DNA of 64,000 nucleotides, from assembly GCA_050575255.1 (NCBI GenBank), contig JBNZDD010013686.1:372001-436000 (forward strand), in the 5' to 3' direction. Shown piece by piece: positions 12,801 to 24,711 of the stretch. The stretch is from Harriotta raleighana. Taxonomy: Eukaryota. A program made the position numbers and the translations under genes. Each line of letters opens with the position of its first letter. Position 1 is the first letter of the stretch. The notes under the pieces were generated by a model, which was given only the letters and a program-made list of their open reading frames with translations, did not search any database and was not told where the DNA came from.

Positions 12801-15800
12801 AATCAAGAATAAAAGTTTGAGTCTCAATGACAATCTTATAGTGTTGTAGTCTCAACCATAATACTGCCGGATCATGAGTCAGCATTGCTGACTCATGATC
12901 CAGCAGTATTATTCCCATGAATTACCGAGCAGCTGCCAGGAAACCAGGAGCTCCGGAATTTCCGGGAAGTCAGATAATAAATCATGATCAAACTAATAGT
13001 CAAAAGAAGCCGATTAAAGTTATCCTATACACATGACATAGTGGACCAATTGGCCTTTTTTCTGTGCTGGAAATTTCTAACTAAGATATGTATATATATT
13101 CTGATTTACAGCCTTCAGTCCACATCCCTTCTCTATTAGGACTTTTGAATTGCAGCAATTGTCATGGGCAGGATGTAAACTCTTGGATCAGGAATGGATT
13201 GTAAAGATAGATGAACATTTAAAAATAGTATTGGGTTTAAAAGCAACCTATTATAACTCAATATAATTCTTCTGTGCATTTTTTTTAAAGAACTTTGTTT
13301 TGGGTAGGTGTTGAAGGCTGCTGAAGCAGATTAATCAGAACAGAATTTGGGTTTAAAACAAACTTATCAGTGAGATGTGTACATGTGGATCAGACTGAAT
13401 AAAAGTAGTTTATGCTGCATCCAATTAACTACAATTAACAATAAATACCTCCTTCAGATCAGTATTAGAAGACCAAGTACAGTAAAACCTTGTTTATCCG
13501 GCACTCACGGGACCTGGCCAGTGGCGGTTAAATGGTTTTTCCGGTTGAACGCATTTTCAAAAAAAATGTTTTTATTAAATATAATTTTTTCCCAAAAAAT
13601 TAAAATTATTTAAACACATACCATATTAATAATGGACTAAATAATAACAGAATATTCTATTAGTTCATGATTATTTATACTTCGGAATTGCAGCACTGAT
13701 TCGACGGGAGGTAAAAAAGCAATGAGTTTAGACCTAACTGCCAGCACACATAGACNNNNNNNNNNNNNNNNNNNNNNNNNNNNNNNNNNNNNNNNNNNNN
13801 NNNNNNNNNNNNNNNNNNNNNNNNNNNNNNNNNNNNNNNNNNNNNNNNNNNNNNNNNNNNNNNNNNNNNNNNNNNNNNNNNNNNNNNNNNNNNNNNNNNN
13901 NNNNNNNNNNNNNNNNNNNNNNNNNNNNNNNNNNNNNNNNNNNNNNNNNNNNNNNNNNNNNNNNNNNNNNNNNNNNNNNNNNNNNNNNNNNNNNNNNNNN
14001 NNNNNNNNNNNNNNNNNNNNNNNNNNNNNNNNNNNNNNNNNNNNNNNNNNNNNNNNNNNNNNNNNNGTCTGAATCCATCATATAAATTCTGTCCCCCCAC
14101 CCTTTCCTCTCTGTCTCTCTCTCCCTTTCCCCATATCTCATTTCCCCCCCTTTCTTTCTCTCCATTCCACCCCCCTCCCTCTCTTTCTCCGTTTCCTCTC
14201 CTCCCTTTCCCCCTCCCCCAACCCCCCCCCTCTGGCGGCTACCTGTAGCAATATTTAACTTACCTTCCCAACGACCAGGCACTTATCCATTCGAACGAGG
14301 TAAAATAAAAACTGCGAGTTTTAAAAGGACCCGGAATGAGTTTAAATCCGACATTCAACGCGTCGCCGGGTAACTTCTGGTTAGTCGGACTGTGACTTTT
14401 GTTTTGAGGTGACGGTTGAACGGGTTTTCTGATTGTTCGAGTCACGGATAAACAAGGTTTTACTGTAATAGGTGTGGTCTGAGACATACAAATATTTCAC
14501 AGAACAAGATTCTTATGTTTGATGCTAAGGAGTAATGTGTCTCAATGAGTTGAATATCTTGTGTATGGTAAAATATATTGTTTTCAAGCACTAACTGAAA
14601 TGATTCTTAATTTCAGTGGAGAAGAAACAACAATAACAATACCTGAACTGCGCCCAGCAACAGAATATCATGTTAGGTACAGATCTTTTTAATAGTATAT
14701 GGTTAATAACAACTTTTACATTGATATAGCTTATCACATCTAGAAGCTGTATCAAAGTGCACCACAGGATATTTATGTATCCAGAAAAACTGTTTTTTGT
14801 GGGCAACCGCAGGTTGAATTTAATTAACTAAAGGTACAGTCTCAGGAAATCTTGTACATTTTGTTCAATTTAACATCTTCAGGTTAATTATTGAAGAATT
14901 TTCTATCATTGAATATTGGGTTTAATTTCATGGGAACGTTTTATATTTTCCACATTAAATGATTGATGTGGACATTTTTCTCTAAACTAGAGTTTCAGGA
15001 ACGTGCAATTCTGTGAAAGGATCTCCCTCTGAGCTGGCAAGTTTTACAACGGAAACCAGTGAACCAGACCCTCCAGCTCCACCAAAACTAATTAACAGGA
15101 CCAAAAACACACTGAATTTACAGTGGAAGGTACTCAATGGCCGAGTTATCAGTGACTCTTCTGATTCAAGGGATGCAATATAGTATGACTATATGTAGTA
15201 TGGTAAAGTGATGGTTTAAATCAACAGTTGTGTGGATGATGGATCAGTTCTGCTTACGCTGGATTCCTCCTAATTTTATTTTCTTTATCTGTTTTAAATT
15301 CTGCTATTCCTTAAAGATGATGACTGGATTGGAAGAATTCCAGAACTGCATTATCATCTTTTGTTTTGTTCTAAACAGGCATCCAATGACAATGGCTCTA
15401 AAATCTCGAATTACTATTTGGAATGGGATGAGGTGAGTGCTAGTCTTATGACAGTTGCTTATTTGCGCAAGTGTTTTTTTTGTATCAGAAATTTACTTTA
15501 ATGGTCCTTGTTGATGAAAATAATTGCTGAATACTCTTTATAAATACAGGGAATGCACAATTTATTCAAGGAATGTTACATTGGCCACCAGAAGCAATAC
15601 AAGCTGATCAAATTATTCCCATCTGTCGGATACACGTTTAGGCTAGCAGCTAAAAACGATATTGGAATGAGGTAAGTAAATCTATTCCTATTGAGCTATA
15701 AGTCTTATCTTTTTAGAAAAGCAATGTATTTAAATGTATAGTATAACACATTGTAAGTTTTGAACCATATACTATTGATTTAAAGAATGGGGAGAGTAAC

Positions 15801-18800
15801 AGAGAAATGGTATTACTTTTAAGATATTGCAATGTCTGGTGTTGGCACATGCGATTCTCCCAACCTGTGTACAAAACAAGCTTTGACATGCATGTTTGTT
15901 TTTATTATGACCAAGAATAACATGCTGCTTTGCTGCTATCCCACCTTGCATTGAAGCAAAGTGCACCAAACCTTTTTAAAAATTTCCCCAATTATTTATT
16001 GCCTATAATATGATGCAAGCAGTGAGTTTGCTCATCTAAGTTTACCACCATGTGGAAATACTTCCATTCTAAAACTGGAAATTTTAGGAGGTAGGTAATC
16101 ATCAGTGAGCAAATTTGAATAGTATAGTCGAATTTGAAGTCATTTGAAATTCTGGCCAAAATACCAGTCTCCTACTCCCAACTATGCTTTGAATTTTCAG
16201 TTCAGTAACTGCCCCCTATTTGCCTTTCCTTGAGACAACCAGGGCTAACCTGACATTTTCAGATGTTCTGACACATGAAGTGTTGAAAGCACAATTTTAT
16301 ATTGTATTAATTGTTAATGTTTTGTTTCTCCTAATTTGCCAGTGACTTCAGTGAAACTGTACAGTATTACACAGCGGGTAGCGTTCCACCTGCCCCAGCT
16401 GCTCCTCAGCTAACCCGACTGGGAGTCACGTGGTTATCCTTGGAATGGAGCAAACCCACTGGGGTATCATCTGATGAACCCCTTACTTACATCCTGGAAA
16501 TGGAAGATGAGTCTTCTGTAAGTTAGATTTTTTTAAAATAAAGGTACTTTCATCCAACATGTCATGTCCCAATCTATGGGAATTCATAGATTATCTGGTT
16601 CACCCCAGTCCGAATATGCGTATTAAGAAGATGTACTGTAGTGAAACGGATCTCCCAGTAGAGAAGATATACAGATTCTCATTCCTAATTTATTCATCAG
16701 AAATTTTTGTGGGATTATCTTTTTAATATAAATGTAATTTTGATTGATTGATAATCCAATTAAGTAAAAATAACAGTGGCAATGAGCTCTAGAATAAACT
16801 GTATTCTTAAAAAAAAGGCTTGATTACAAATTTTCTGAGTATGTTTGTGAATTACTGTAGTGAGCAAACTAAAGTCTAATTTCTGTTTGTGTTTTTTTAA
16901 TTATAGGGGTATGGCTTTAAGGTAAAACATAATGGAGATGAGCTCTCTTGCACTTTAAAAAACCTGAGACGGAGTACATCCTATAAATATAGGGTAAGTG
17001 CATGTGTACGACTCATTTTATATTTCTTACTGAAATACAATTGGAGGGTGCTCTTTGAATTACACTACAAGATATACGTCATAAGAAGTGAGGTACTGTT
17101 GAAAGGTACTCTGTGGAAACTCTGTGAGAACTGAATAGCTTGCTAAAACCCAATACAGCACGTAGACCTTGCAGATAAAGTGAGATATTGGCGAGCTGAG
17201 CCAAAGTTAAACCAAAACTCGTCTTGAGAAGAAGGAAAGTGTTGAATCGGAATTAGTAGCAGCACATTGCACGTCAAAATCAATAACTTATTGAAAGCAT
17301 CTAAAGTTCTGGAACTTTAGGAATAAATTAACTTTGCACCGATGTGTGTGGTTGCTTGCATGTTTGGTTTAAGCCTGTATAGTAAGATCTTACATGTTTA
17401 ACTTTTTTTTTTTTTAAATTCAGGTCTTTGCCTGCAATAATGAAGGCAAAAGTAACCCAAGTGAGGTAGTGGAGTTCTGCACATGTCCTGATAAACCTGG
17501 ACAACCAAGTAAACCAAGCATAAAGGGAAAAATTCATGCCTACAATTTAAAAGCAACATGGGGTAAGCGCCATCTGCTGTTTTAATGCATTCAGTGAACT
17601 TTGTGATCAATTTGATCAAGTTGCTTAATTATATTAATTCAAACTGCTTAATTTTGCTGGATTTTGTAATGGAATTTATCTATAATTTTATAGTACATTT
17701 TTCTGTCATGTTGGGAGTGAAAGTGGGGGTAGGAGGGAACCTACATGTCTGTTGAAAAATGTTCAGCATGTGAATTGCTTTTGTCCTTTTGTTTGCAGAT
17801 CCAACCAGAGATAACGGCGGATCCGAGATTACCAAGTATGTCCTGGAAATGTCAGAAGGCTTGAATGGCAAGTATATTGTTGGTTTTGTTCCATGTTTTC
17901 CTAAAATATTAGTTCAATGTCTCCAAAAGTCTTGTAGAATACTACTGGTCTACCTCATTAACTACAGAATGGTAAAATATGCATATAGTCATTCAGTTTG
18001 GGCTAACTATCTGGGAGATTTTTCAAAAAACTTATTTTGGGTAAAGACCAGCATTAATTCACACAACTGAGAAACCAGCAGTAGAGATTCAGATTCATCC
18101 CTAAAGATGTGTTTGTAGTATTATTAGTAACACTATTTGTGAATTTATGAATATTGCCGACTAGCTGGTGAAAACGTAATCACAGTGTAGTGGAGGTGTG
18201 TGTGTCTATTTCTTAACTTGAAATTGCACATTTGCTAACATCAATTTGTATTTTTCAGGGAATAAGTGGGACTTAATGTATAATGGACTTGTCAGAGAGT
18301 ATGTCTGTGATCATCTGAAACCTGGTACATGGTATAGATTGAGGGTGTACTGCATTAGTGCTGGAGGACAAAGCCAGGTAAAATAAATTCCAGAACCTAA
18401 AAATCTGAAGAGCATTTTCCAAACAAATGTGATATTTTTGTGTTCCATGTTTTCAAGAGCAATGGGTTAGGAGTGTTACGCAGTTTGAATTTTATTACCA
18501 ATGGTGATTTTGCATCAATGTAAAGTTTACATTATTGAATGAGAATAAAAGACAATGATTTTGTTTAAAAGACTTAAACCTATTTGATTTTAAAATTACA
18601 CATGAAAGATGCAATATAATTTGTTAATAAATTGGCAAACTTGCTCAGAAGAAATACAGGATGCTTGTTATGGGAAATGATGAAACATATCACGTGTTTC
18701 AAACAATTCTGAGTTGGGACAGAGATTTTGGAGTTAAACTTTGTATCTGACATTTGGTAAATCTGATCGAGAAACACCTAGATTTGGATGCTCTGAAAAA

Positions 18801-21800
18801 GGGAATCATTTATGACATTCTTGAACTGCGGCTTAGGCAATCTAAGGAAAAAAGAAACTACAATAATGAATTTTCACCCAAATAAATAGGCGTCTGAAAT
18901 GTTATCAGTGCAAACTGCAGCTGTTCCTCCTGGGCCCTGCCAATCTCCTCGGCTTGCTGGTAAAGCTAGAGCAAGAGAAATACTGATACGATGGGGTAAG
19001 GTCTTTGTTCTTGGTATGGGGCAACTTCCTGAAAATAAACTTCTGAACCATGTCATTTAAATTTTCTAAAATTGAGAGGGGCCTGGAATATAAAGGGGAA
19101 GAAATGATGTTTCAGCTGTATAGAGCGTTAGAAGGACCCCATCTGGATTCAGTTTTGTGCACCACACTTCTGGAAAAATATATTGGCCTTGGAGGAGATG
19201 TAGCACAGGTTCAGCAGAATGTTACCAAGCCTAAAAGGGTTAAGTTATGAGGAAAGGCGTAAACTTGGATTATTCCCATGAGTTTGGAAGGTTGAGGGGT
19301 GATTTGATAGAGGTGTTTAAGATGATAAAGGGATTTGATAAGGTAGATGGAGAGAAGTTATTTCCTCTATTGGGAAAAACCAAAACAAGGGGACATAGTC
19401 TTAAAATTAGAACAAGACCGTTTAAGAGTGAAATCAGGAAGGATTTTTTCACTCGAAAGAGTGGTAGAAATCTGGAATTCTCTTCCCTAAAAGATCATGG
19501 ATGCTGGTCTATTCACACCTTCAAGAGTGAGGTTGATAGATTTTTAGGAAGTCTGGGTACTAAGGGATACAGGGAGAAAGCGAGAAATTGGAATTGAAAG
19601 GATTAATAGAGGTATAGATCAGCCATGATCTAATTCAATGAAACAGGCATGAAGAGCTGAATGGCCTACTCCTGTTCCTATGTTCCTAAACCTAATTGTT
19701 GTTTATCTGCAGCACCACCTATTGTAGATGGTGGTTCCACGATCACAGAATACACTGTAGAGATGGCACAGTCAGACAAGGACAAGCGAAGGACTCTCTA
19801 CCAGAGCTCAGAACAAGAATGTACAGTGACGGACCTATTACCAGGGAAGATGTATTGCTTCTGGGTTAAAGCTGCAAACAAAATTGGGGTAAGGAATATT
19901 CTCAGTGCTGATAGAAGTGTGCTGTATTGAACTGAAAATGCTTCAAGCTAGGTCAGCCAGAAATATTCAAGCAGTCCTCGCTGACTAACTGGCTTGTACT
20001 AACCCAGTCAATCACTGACATTGATTGGCCACCATTGCTTTAGAATGCAAAATATCATGTTTATAATATGGGGGATGTCCTATAGTTTCTTCATTTCTGG
20101 TAACACAATTCATGGGATGATTGACAATATAAAATAAAAAGAACCATTCTCTGCCTCAAATATTATATCAAAGCAGGAAGTGGAAGATGTAAATGAGTGA
20201 CCACATTGGCTGTTTCCCACATCTTATTCCTTTGGGATCTTGACGCTATTCACATTGCCTACAAATACAGTCACTACATTTTACATAAATCCTGTAATAC
20301 ACTTTAATTCACCTTAAGGTGAAGGGTTTCATTTTAAAAGTAAGAATTACTATTGGTACTAATGTGCACCTGGAGAGGAAGAGAGGACCTCAGTTTAACA
20401 TGTCACCTGAAGGACAGCACCTCCAACAATGCAACGCGTAGGATTATTTGGCTTGACGAGAGCAAAAGTCCCAAATTGCGGCTTGAACCCAACTGTTGCT
20501 AGAATGCTGCTGGCTGAGCCAGGCTAAAACTTCATATCAAAACAGTCTTGTTTTATTACATCCTGTTTTTAACCCAATAATTTTAATTTTAATTGAATTC
20601 TCAGTTGTGTAATAACACATCTGACTATATTTGCTGTCTCATTAACTGCTTTGCTTAACAGCCTAAAGGATATTGTGTAATTTGCTTTCTTCTGTAGTAT
20701 GGCCCACTGTCTGAGAGATCTGATATTCTGACAGCAGCTGGACCTCCTGAGCAATGCAAAATACCTCTCGTCTCGTGTAAGTCGGCCACTTGTGTGCATG
20801 CGAATTGGGAGGTGAGCCTTATTTTACTTTTTCTTCGCAATTTGTTTTTTGAATTGCTACATATGTTAGTCAGGAGGAATTATTAAAAATGATTGTGTGT
20901 TCTAATTTAGTGGTCTCCCAACAGGTCGATCACCGCTAGGTGGCGCTCTCTCACACATGGTCAAAAAGGACAACCCAAAAGAGCAATAGAACTGTATATT
21001 TGTTTAGTCCAATTGAATATACAGCCAGATTTATTTTCAGATTGTAAGTTTCAAGCTTGGTATAGATACGTTCCATTTTGGGATACCCTAGCCCAATAAG
21101 CCAGGGGTAGGTGGGTTCCGGCAATTTGAAAACTAGAAACTGCACTAAACTTAAGCAATGAACAACAATTACCAAATGGCATTTATAGAGCACCTTTCAC
21201 GTCGGGAGGACATCCCAAGGCGCTGTATTCAATAAATGTCTAATGTTTTGATGTTGAATCATACTATATCTAGTTATTGTGCTTTTCCCCTCAGTGCCCT
21301 GTATCTAACGGTTCTGAGGTCACAGAATTCAGGTTAGAGTTTGGAGGTGTGGAAGGTTCTATGCAGGTGTTCTACTCTGGTCCTGCCCTTAATTATGAAG
21401 TGAAAGGCCTCACACCTGCAACAGTGTACTACTGCAGAGTACAGGTAAAGAAACGATCCAGTCTATCAATAATTCACATAGAAGTTAAAGCAATTGGACA
21501 AACCTTCTGTTTTTAGATCTGACAGCAAATATCACATTGTTCCATTCCAATGTCAATGAACAACAACAACAAAATTACATTTATAGAGCACCTATCACGT
21601 CGGGAGCACATCCCAATGAAGTCAATGATGTCTGTTTTGCTTTTTTAACAATATGTTGTTATAATATTTTCAGGCTGTGAATTCTGCTGGTGCCGGCCAA
21701 TTCAGTGATGTTGCCATGTGTGCAACACCTGCTTCTGTACCAGCCGCACTGAGTGTACTGCAAGTGATTGATGAAGACCAGCTTGAATTTGTTCTTCCAT

Positions 21801-24711
21801 CACCCTCAACGTGCCTTGCTATTCAGTGGGAGGAGCCATGCTGCCATGGGTCCGAAATCACTGGTTATAACATAGATTATGGAGATAAACAGATTTTAGC
21901 CATCAACAGAGTTACAAGTTGTATCATAGAAAATTTGCAACCAGACACAACATACAGGTAATGATATACAATAGAAACTGGGTTTGCAGTCACCTCAGCA
22001 ATCCATACATCACAATTGCGGGCACATTTTCAGAGTCTCTTTCATTATCAATATGAAAGCTAATGGAGAAGACAACGGTCTCCATTAAAGACAACGGTCA
22101 TTGATTGCAGCTCCTATAATTATGTAATATAATCTAATAATTTAATATAATTATATAATATGATTCAATTCCAGGTAAGGTCAAACATTAGGCACGTTTC
22201 CTTACTCCACATGCCTAATAATCCTCAAAAAACCAAACAATAATAAATTGGTCATTACAATCCACGACTGTTTGTGAGACACTGCTGCGCACAATTGGCT
22301 ACTGCGTTTCACCCAGATATTTGCAACCAATTCATTTTGCAGTGTATTCTGTGAAGCGCCTTGAGATGTCTGGAAGACGTGAAAAGCGCTATATCAAATG
22401 CAAGGATTGTTATTATATATTATGAATAAAAACCAAATGGTGAATGTTAATAATATTCTTAATATTACATTAATAACATAATGTGTGCTTGTGTTTTTAG
22501 GATTCGAATACAAGCAGTCAGCAGCATTGGAGCAGGCCCCCTCAGTCATTCCATTAAAGCCAAAACAAAACCACTACCTCCTGAGCCTCCACACCTCGAG
22601 TGTGCAGTTTTCAGTTTCCAGAGCCTTAAGCTTAAATGGGGGGAAGGGCCCAACAAAGTTTTAACCACAAGTTCAACACAATTCAATATGCAAATCGAGG
22701 ACAAATTTGGACGGTAAGTAGAGCGTAAAACTCAAAAGTAGATTTTTGGTTGCAATAAGGAATGAATGAAACTAAAAATAAGATTCATGGATGTTTGCAC
22801 AATTGACCACAATTGGGTATGCAGAGTTTTAACCAAGAACAACAACTTGCACTTTTATCGCACCCCTCCCTTCCGAGTTGCTTCTCAGAGCACTTAACCA
22901 TGGTGGAGCCTAAATCAGAGCAAGGCGTGTGGTGGGGTGAGACATTTGCAAGGTTCTCAGAATTTATTTCTGTTGTACATGTCGTTGTGACATGCACAAC
23001 TGCCACTCCCAACAGGTGCCCATTCAGCGTTGTGAACTTACTTTGAGAAATCTTCCCTACATCAAAGATGCTATATATATGCAAATTATTGCTGATTACT
23101 TGCTCATTGTGTATAAGCCAGTTAATTGATTTACTTAGCATTGTGAAGTGATAGAATTTCCTTTCTATTTTTTACTTCATGACTTAGAATATAATTATAC
23201 CTTTTCCATACCTTTTAGGTTTGTTGCTTTATATAGTGGACCTTGTCACACATACAAAGTCCAGAGATTGAATGAGTCCACATCTTACAAATTTAAAATT
23301 CAGGCATATAATGATGCTGGGGAAGGAGCATTTTCTGAAGTTTACACTTTCACTACAACCAAATCTCCTCCTCCTCTACTTAAAGGTACGTACCAACTAA
23401 ATGTTTTACTAAATTCCTTATTAAATCACCAGAGGCAGCCTGAACGACTGTTTCCTCCCACCATCATCAGACTATTGCCTCTGAAGGCAATAGTGGCAGA
23501 GGTAAGTTTAAAGTGTATTGCACTTTATATTGAATTACAACTACTAGTGTAATTCAGTAAAAATATATGAGAGGACTGCAGATTGTTAAACAGGCAGGAG
23601 GGTTTTGTGCCGTGGTTTATGAAGATGTTGTGATTTAACGTTTACAACTCTGCTTTTATCATTTTGCAGCGCCGAGGATACAAGTGCTTGAACAAAATGT
23701 TTGTGAAATCAGTTGGGATGCAGTGCAGCCAATGAAAGGAGATGCAATTGTTTACATTCTTCAGAACATCATCGGGAGAGATTCTGAACAGGTAGAGTTA
23801 AATATACTGCAACTATTTAACCCTGATGTAGCAGTATACAGTACTTTTTACATTTTGGTAGATCAGCAATGACTTTGAAGGGTCTGATAACTCCTTTCCC
23901 CTCTCCCCACTCCATAATAGTTGAAATCAGCTGATTTAAGATTTGGAGTAGTAGATCTCCAGAGCTACCTGGCTCAGGAGGCTATTGGGGCAATCTGTAA
24001 CTGAAATTTCTAACCAAAATAATTAACTGATTCCTGGAATTGTGGAAATCACAAATTGATAGTGCATTTATATTTATACTCTTCATGTAGGATAGGTCTC
24101 TAAATGCTTTACATTAATGGTGTCAGATATCGAGCAAGAGGTGGGGGATGAGGGGGAGATAAAAGTAGTCGCAGTTGAGGAAGTTGATTTTAAGGTGGGA
24201 ATTAAAGACATGTAGAGACAGAGTTACGATGGAGGGGTTGAGGGGGGGATTTCAATTGATGAATTGGGATAGCAGCAAAAAAGGCTTGGCCACTAATAGT
24301 GCAGTGAAAGAAGTGAGGAGTGTGCAGAAATTGAATATATGAATTTCACTTGGGGGTTAAGAAGTGAAAAACTTGTGTTCCATTTTCAATATACAGGTAT
24401 ACAGGGGACCAGAAACTTCTTTCCATTTCACAAACATTCAAGCAAACTGTGAATACAGGTTCAGGGTCTGTGCTGGGCGACAGTATCGTGATTCTGTTGG
24501 AGTGCAAGAACTATGTGGACCTTACAGTCCCACTGTAGCATTCTCATCTCAGAGACAAGAATCAACACCAAGTGCTGAGACTGCAGTACAGCTCACGAAG
24601 GTCAAGAGGAAACCATTAAGTGACGAGCAATTTGCTGCCCTGATTGTTGTTGGCTTTGCTGTAGTCTCCATTTTGTTTGCTTTCATTATTCAGTACTTTG
24701 TAATTAAGTAA
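5..24711 (+). CDS. Fibronectin type III domain-containing protein 3 family member, probably the FNDC3C paralogue; 25 coding exons, ~1201 aa
   Basis: Exons: 5-94, 1826-1901, 3211-3287, 5857-6094, 7121-7417, 11629-11687, 12282-12439, 14617-14676, 14991-15129, 15379-15432, 15550-15671, 16343-16517, 16907-16993, 17424-17562, 17799-17867, 18259-18377, 18890-18995, 19713-19888, 20698-20811, 21295-21444, 21674-21957, 22501-22713, 23219-23385, 23670-23791, 24397-24711. Total 3606 nt, all phases compatible, GT-AG except one GC-AG. The translation has the FNDC3 N-terminus (MAEQPPLETT...QQVILVQVNPGETFTIRTEDGHIQCIQGPAHVPMMSPNGS), a Pro/His-rich segment, tandem FN3 domains and a C-terminal anchor (LSDEQFAALIVVGFAVVSILFAFIIQYFVIK*). 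The true start could be a few codons upstream, outside the window. Paralogue identity is inferred from synteny only. Confidence 0.95.
311..1490 (+). mobile_element. tRNA-derived SINE (Deu-domain related, L2-type tail) interrupted by a MITE
   Basis: tRNA-like head (TAGCTCAGTGGTTAGA ... GTTCGAAACC) and core GGTCATTTCAATCCACGATTGTTTG. The tail GTGAAAAGAGCTA|TATCAAATGCAAGGATTATT is split at a TA by the element at 590-1459. Confidence 0.85.
590..1459. mobile_element. Non-autonomous TA-flanked DNA transposon (Tc1/mariner-pogo-like MITE, family A)
   Basis: 21-bp terminal inverted repeat CAGTAAAACCTTGTTTATCCG at both ends, TA on both flanks, (CA)n and CT-rich interior. Confidence 0.88.
2322..2870 (+). 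mobile_element. L2-clade LINE 3' fragment
   Basis: Degenerate SRLDYGNSL...LQIIQNSA and LWNS motifs, tail TTGAGACATC...GAAGGCGATATA-(GTT/ATT)n. Confidence 0.75.
4790..5790 (+). mobile_element. Old DeuSINE-like copy interrupted by a MITE
   Basis: TGGCTCAGTTGATAG head and GCAGACATTCCAATGCAATG...GTGCTGCATTG Deu-like segment. The tail AAGTGCTTTGAGATGTCC resumes after 5722. Confidence 0.6.
4951..5720. mobile_element. MITE family A, opposite orientation to 590-1459
   Basis: CAGTAAAACCTTGTTTATC ... GATAAACAAGGTTTTACTG with TA flanks and a GA/CA microsatellite interior. Confidence 0.85.
7820..8590 (-). mobile_element. L2-clade LINE 3' fragment
   Basis: The minus-strand ORF remnant contains VRNLDVLFNPQLSF (L2 ORF2 C-terminal motif). 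The (CAA)n-flanked L2 tail is at the left end. Confidence 0.8.
9210..9740 (+). mobile_element. CR1 LINE 3' fragment
   Basis: ORF2 C-terminus KDIKALERVQRRFTRMIPG...LEQRRVRGDLIEVFKIMKG...FFTQRVVRIWNDLP and 3' UTR GGGCCGAATGGCCTCCTTCTGTGC...TTCTAT. Confidence 0.92.
10047..10492. mobile_element. TA-flanked MITE (Tigger/pogo-like, family B)
   Basis: Imperfect TIR: TA-CAATAAAAGTCCGATAATCGGGCAC ... GTGCCGGATTAAAGGATTTTTACTG-TA. Confidence 0.65.
11728..12051 (-). mobile_element. Full-length tRNA/Deu SINE
   Basis: Reverse complement of the family at 311-1490, from tRNA head to (ATT)n tail. Confidence 0.88.
12461..12970 (+). pseudogene. Degenerate 18S rRNA fragment (V4-V5 region) in FNDC3 intron 7
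   Basis: Colinear 18S blocks: CAGCTCCAATAGCATAT, TGCAGTTAAAAAGCTTGTAGTTG, GATGCTCTTAGCTGAG, TTTACTTTGAAAACATTAGAGTGTTCAAAGCA, CAGCTAGGAATAATG, GGCATTCATATTGTGCTGCTAGAGGTGAAAT, TTATTCCCATGA, GGAAACCA. It has many CpG>TpG/CpA changes and two internal deletions. Confidence 0.92.
13480..14465. mobile_element. MITE family A containing an assembly gap
   Basis: Same 21-bp TIRs and TA flanks, colinear with 590-1459. N run at 13756-14066. Confidence 0.85.
13756..14066. other. Assembly gap (N run)
   Basis: 311 Ns at the position of the MITE microsatellite. Confidence 0.99.
19060..19688 (+). mobile_element. CR1 LINE 3' fragment
   Basis: RGLEYK...QLYRAL.GPHLD and RLRGDLIEVFKMIKGFDKVD motifs with frameshifts. 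Tail GAATGGCCTACTCCTGTTCCTATGTTCCTA. Confidence 0.9.
20365..20525 (-). mobile_element. Ancient DeuSINE fragment (AmnSINE1/SacSINE1-type central domain)
   Basis: CCTCAGTTTAACATGTCACCTGAAGGACAGCACCTCCAACAATGCA resembles the reverse complement of the Deu domain as remembered. A tRNA-like head remnant (CTTGAACCC...CTGAGCCA) lies at the right. Confidence 0.6.
20933..20947 (+). promoter_or_regulatory. Candidate CTCF site
   Basis: CCGCTAGGTGGCGCT closely fits the CTCF core consensus and retains CpGs in an AT-rich intron. Motif match only. Confidence 0.35.
22165..22415 (+). mobile_element. tRNA/Deu SINE, 5'-truncated
   Basis: Same core and tail as the other copies. Confidence 0.8.

Noticed and set aside
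12461-12970. Functional rRNA gene or contaminant 18S
   Set aside because: It is partial, deleted and CpG-decayed, and is embedded in a continuous intron with no other rDNA around it.
13675-14282. ORFs spanning the N run
   Set aside because: They are artefacts of the assembly gap inside a MITE.
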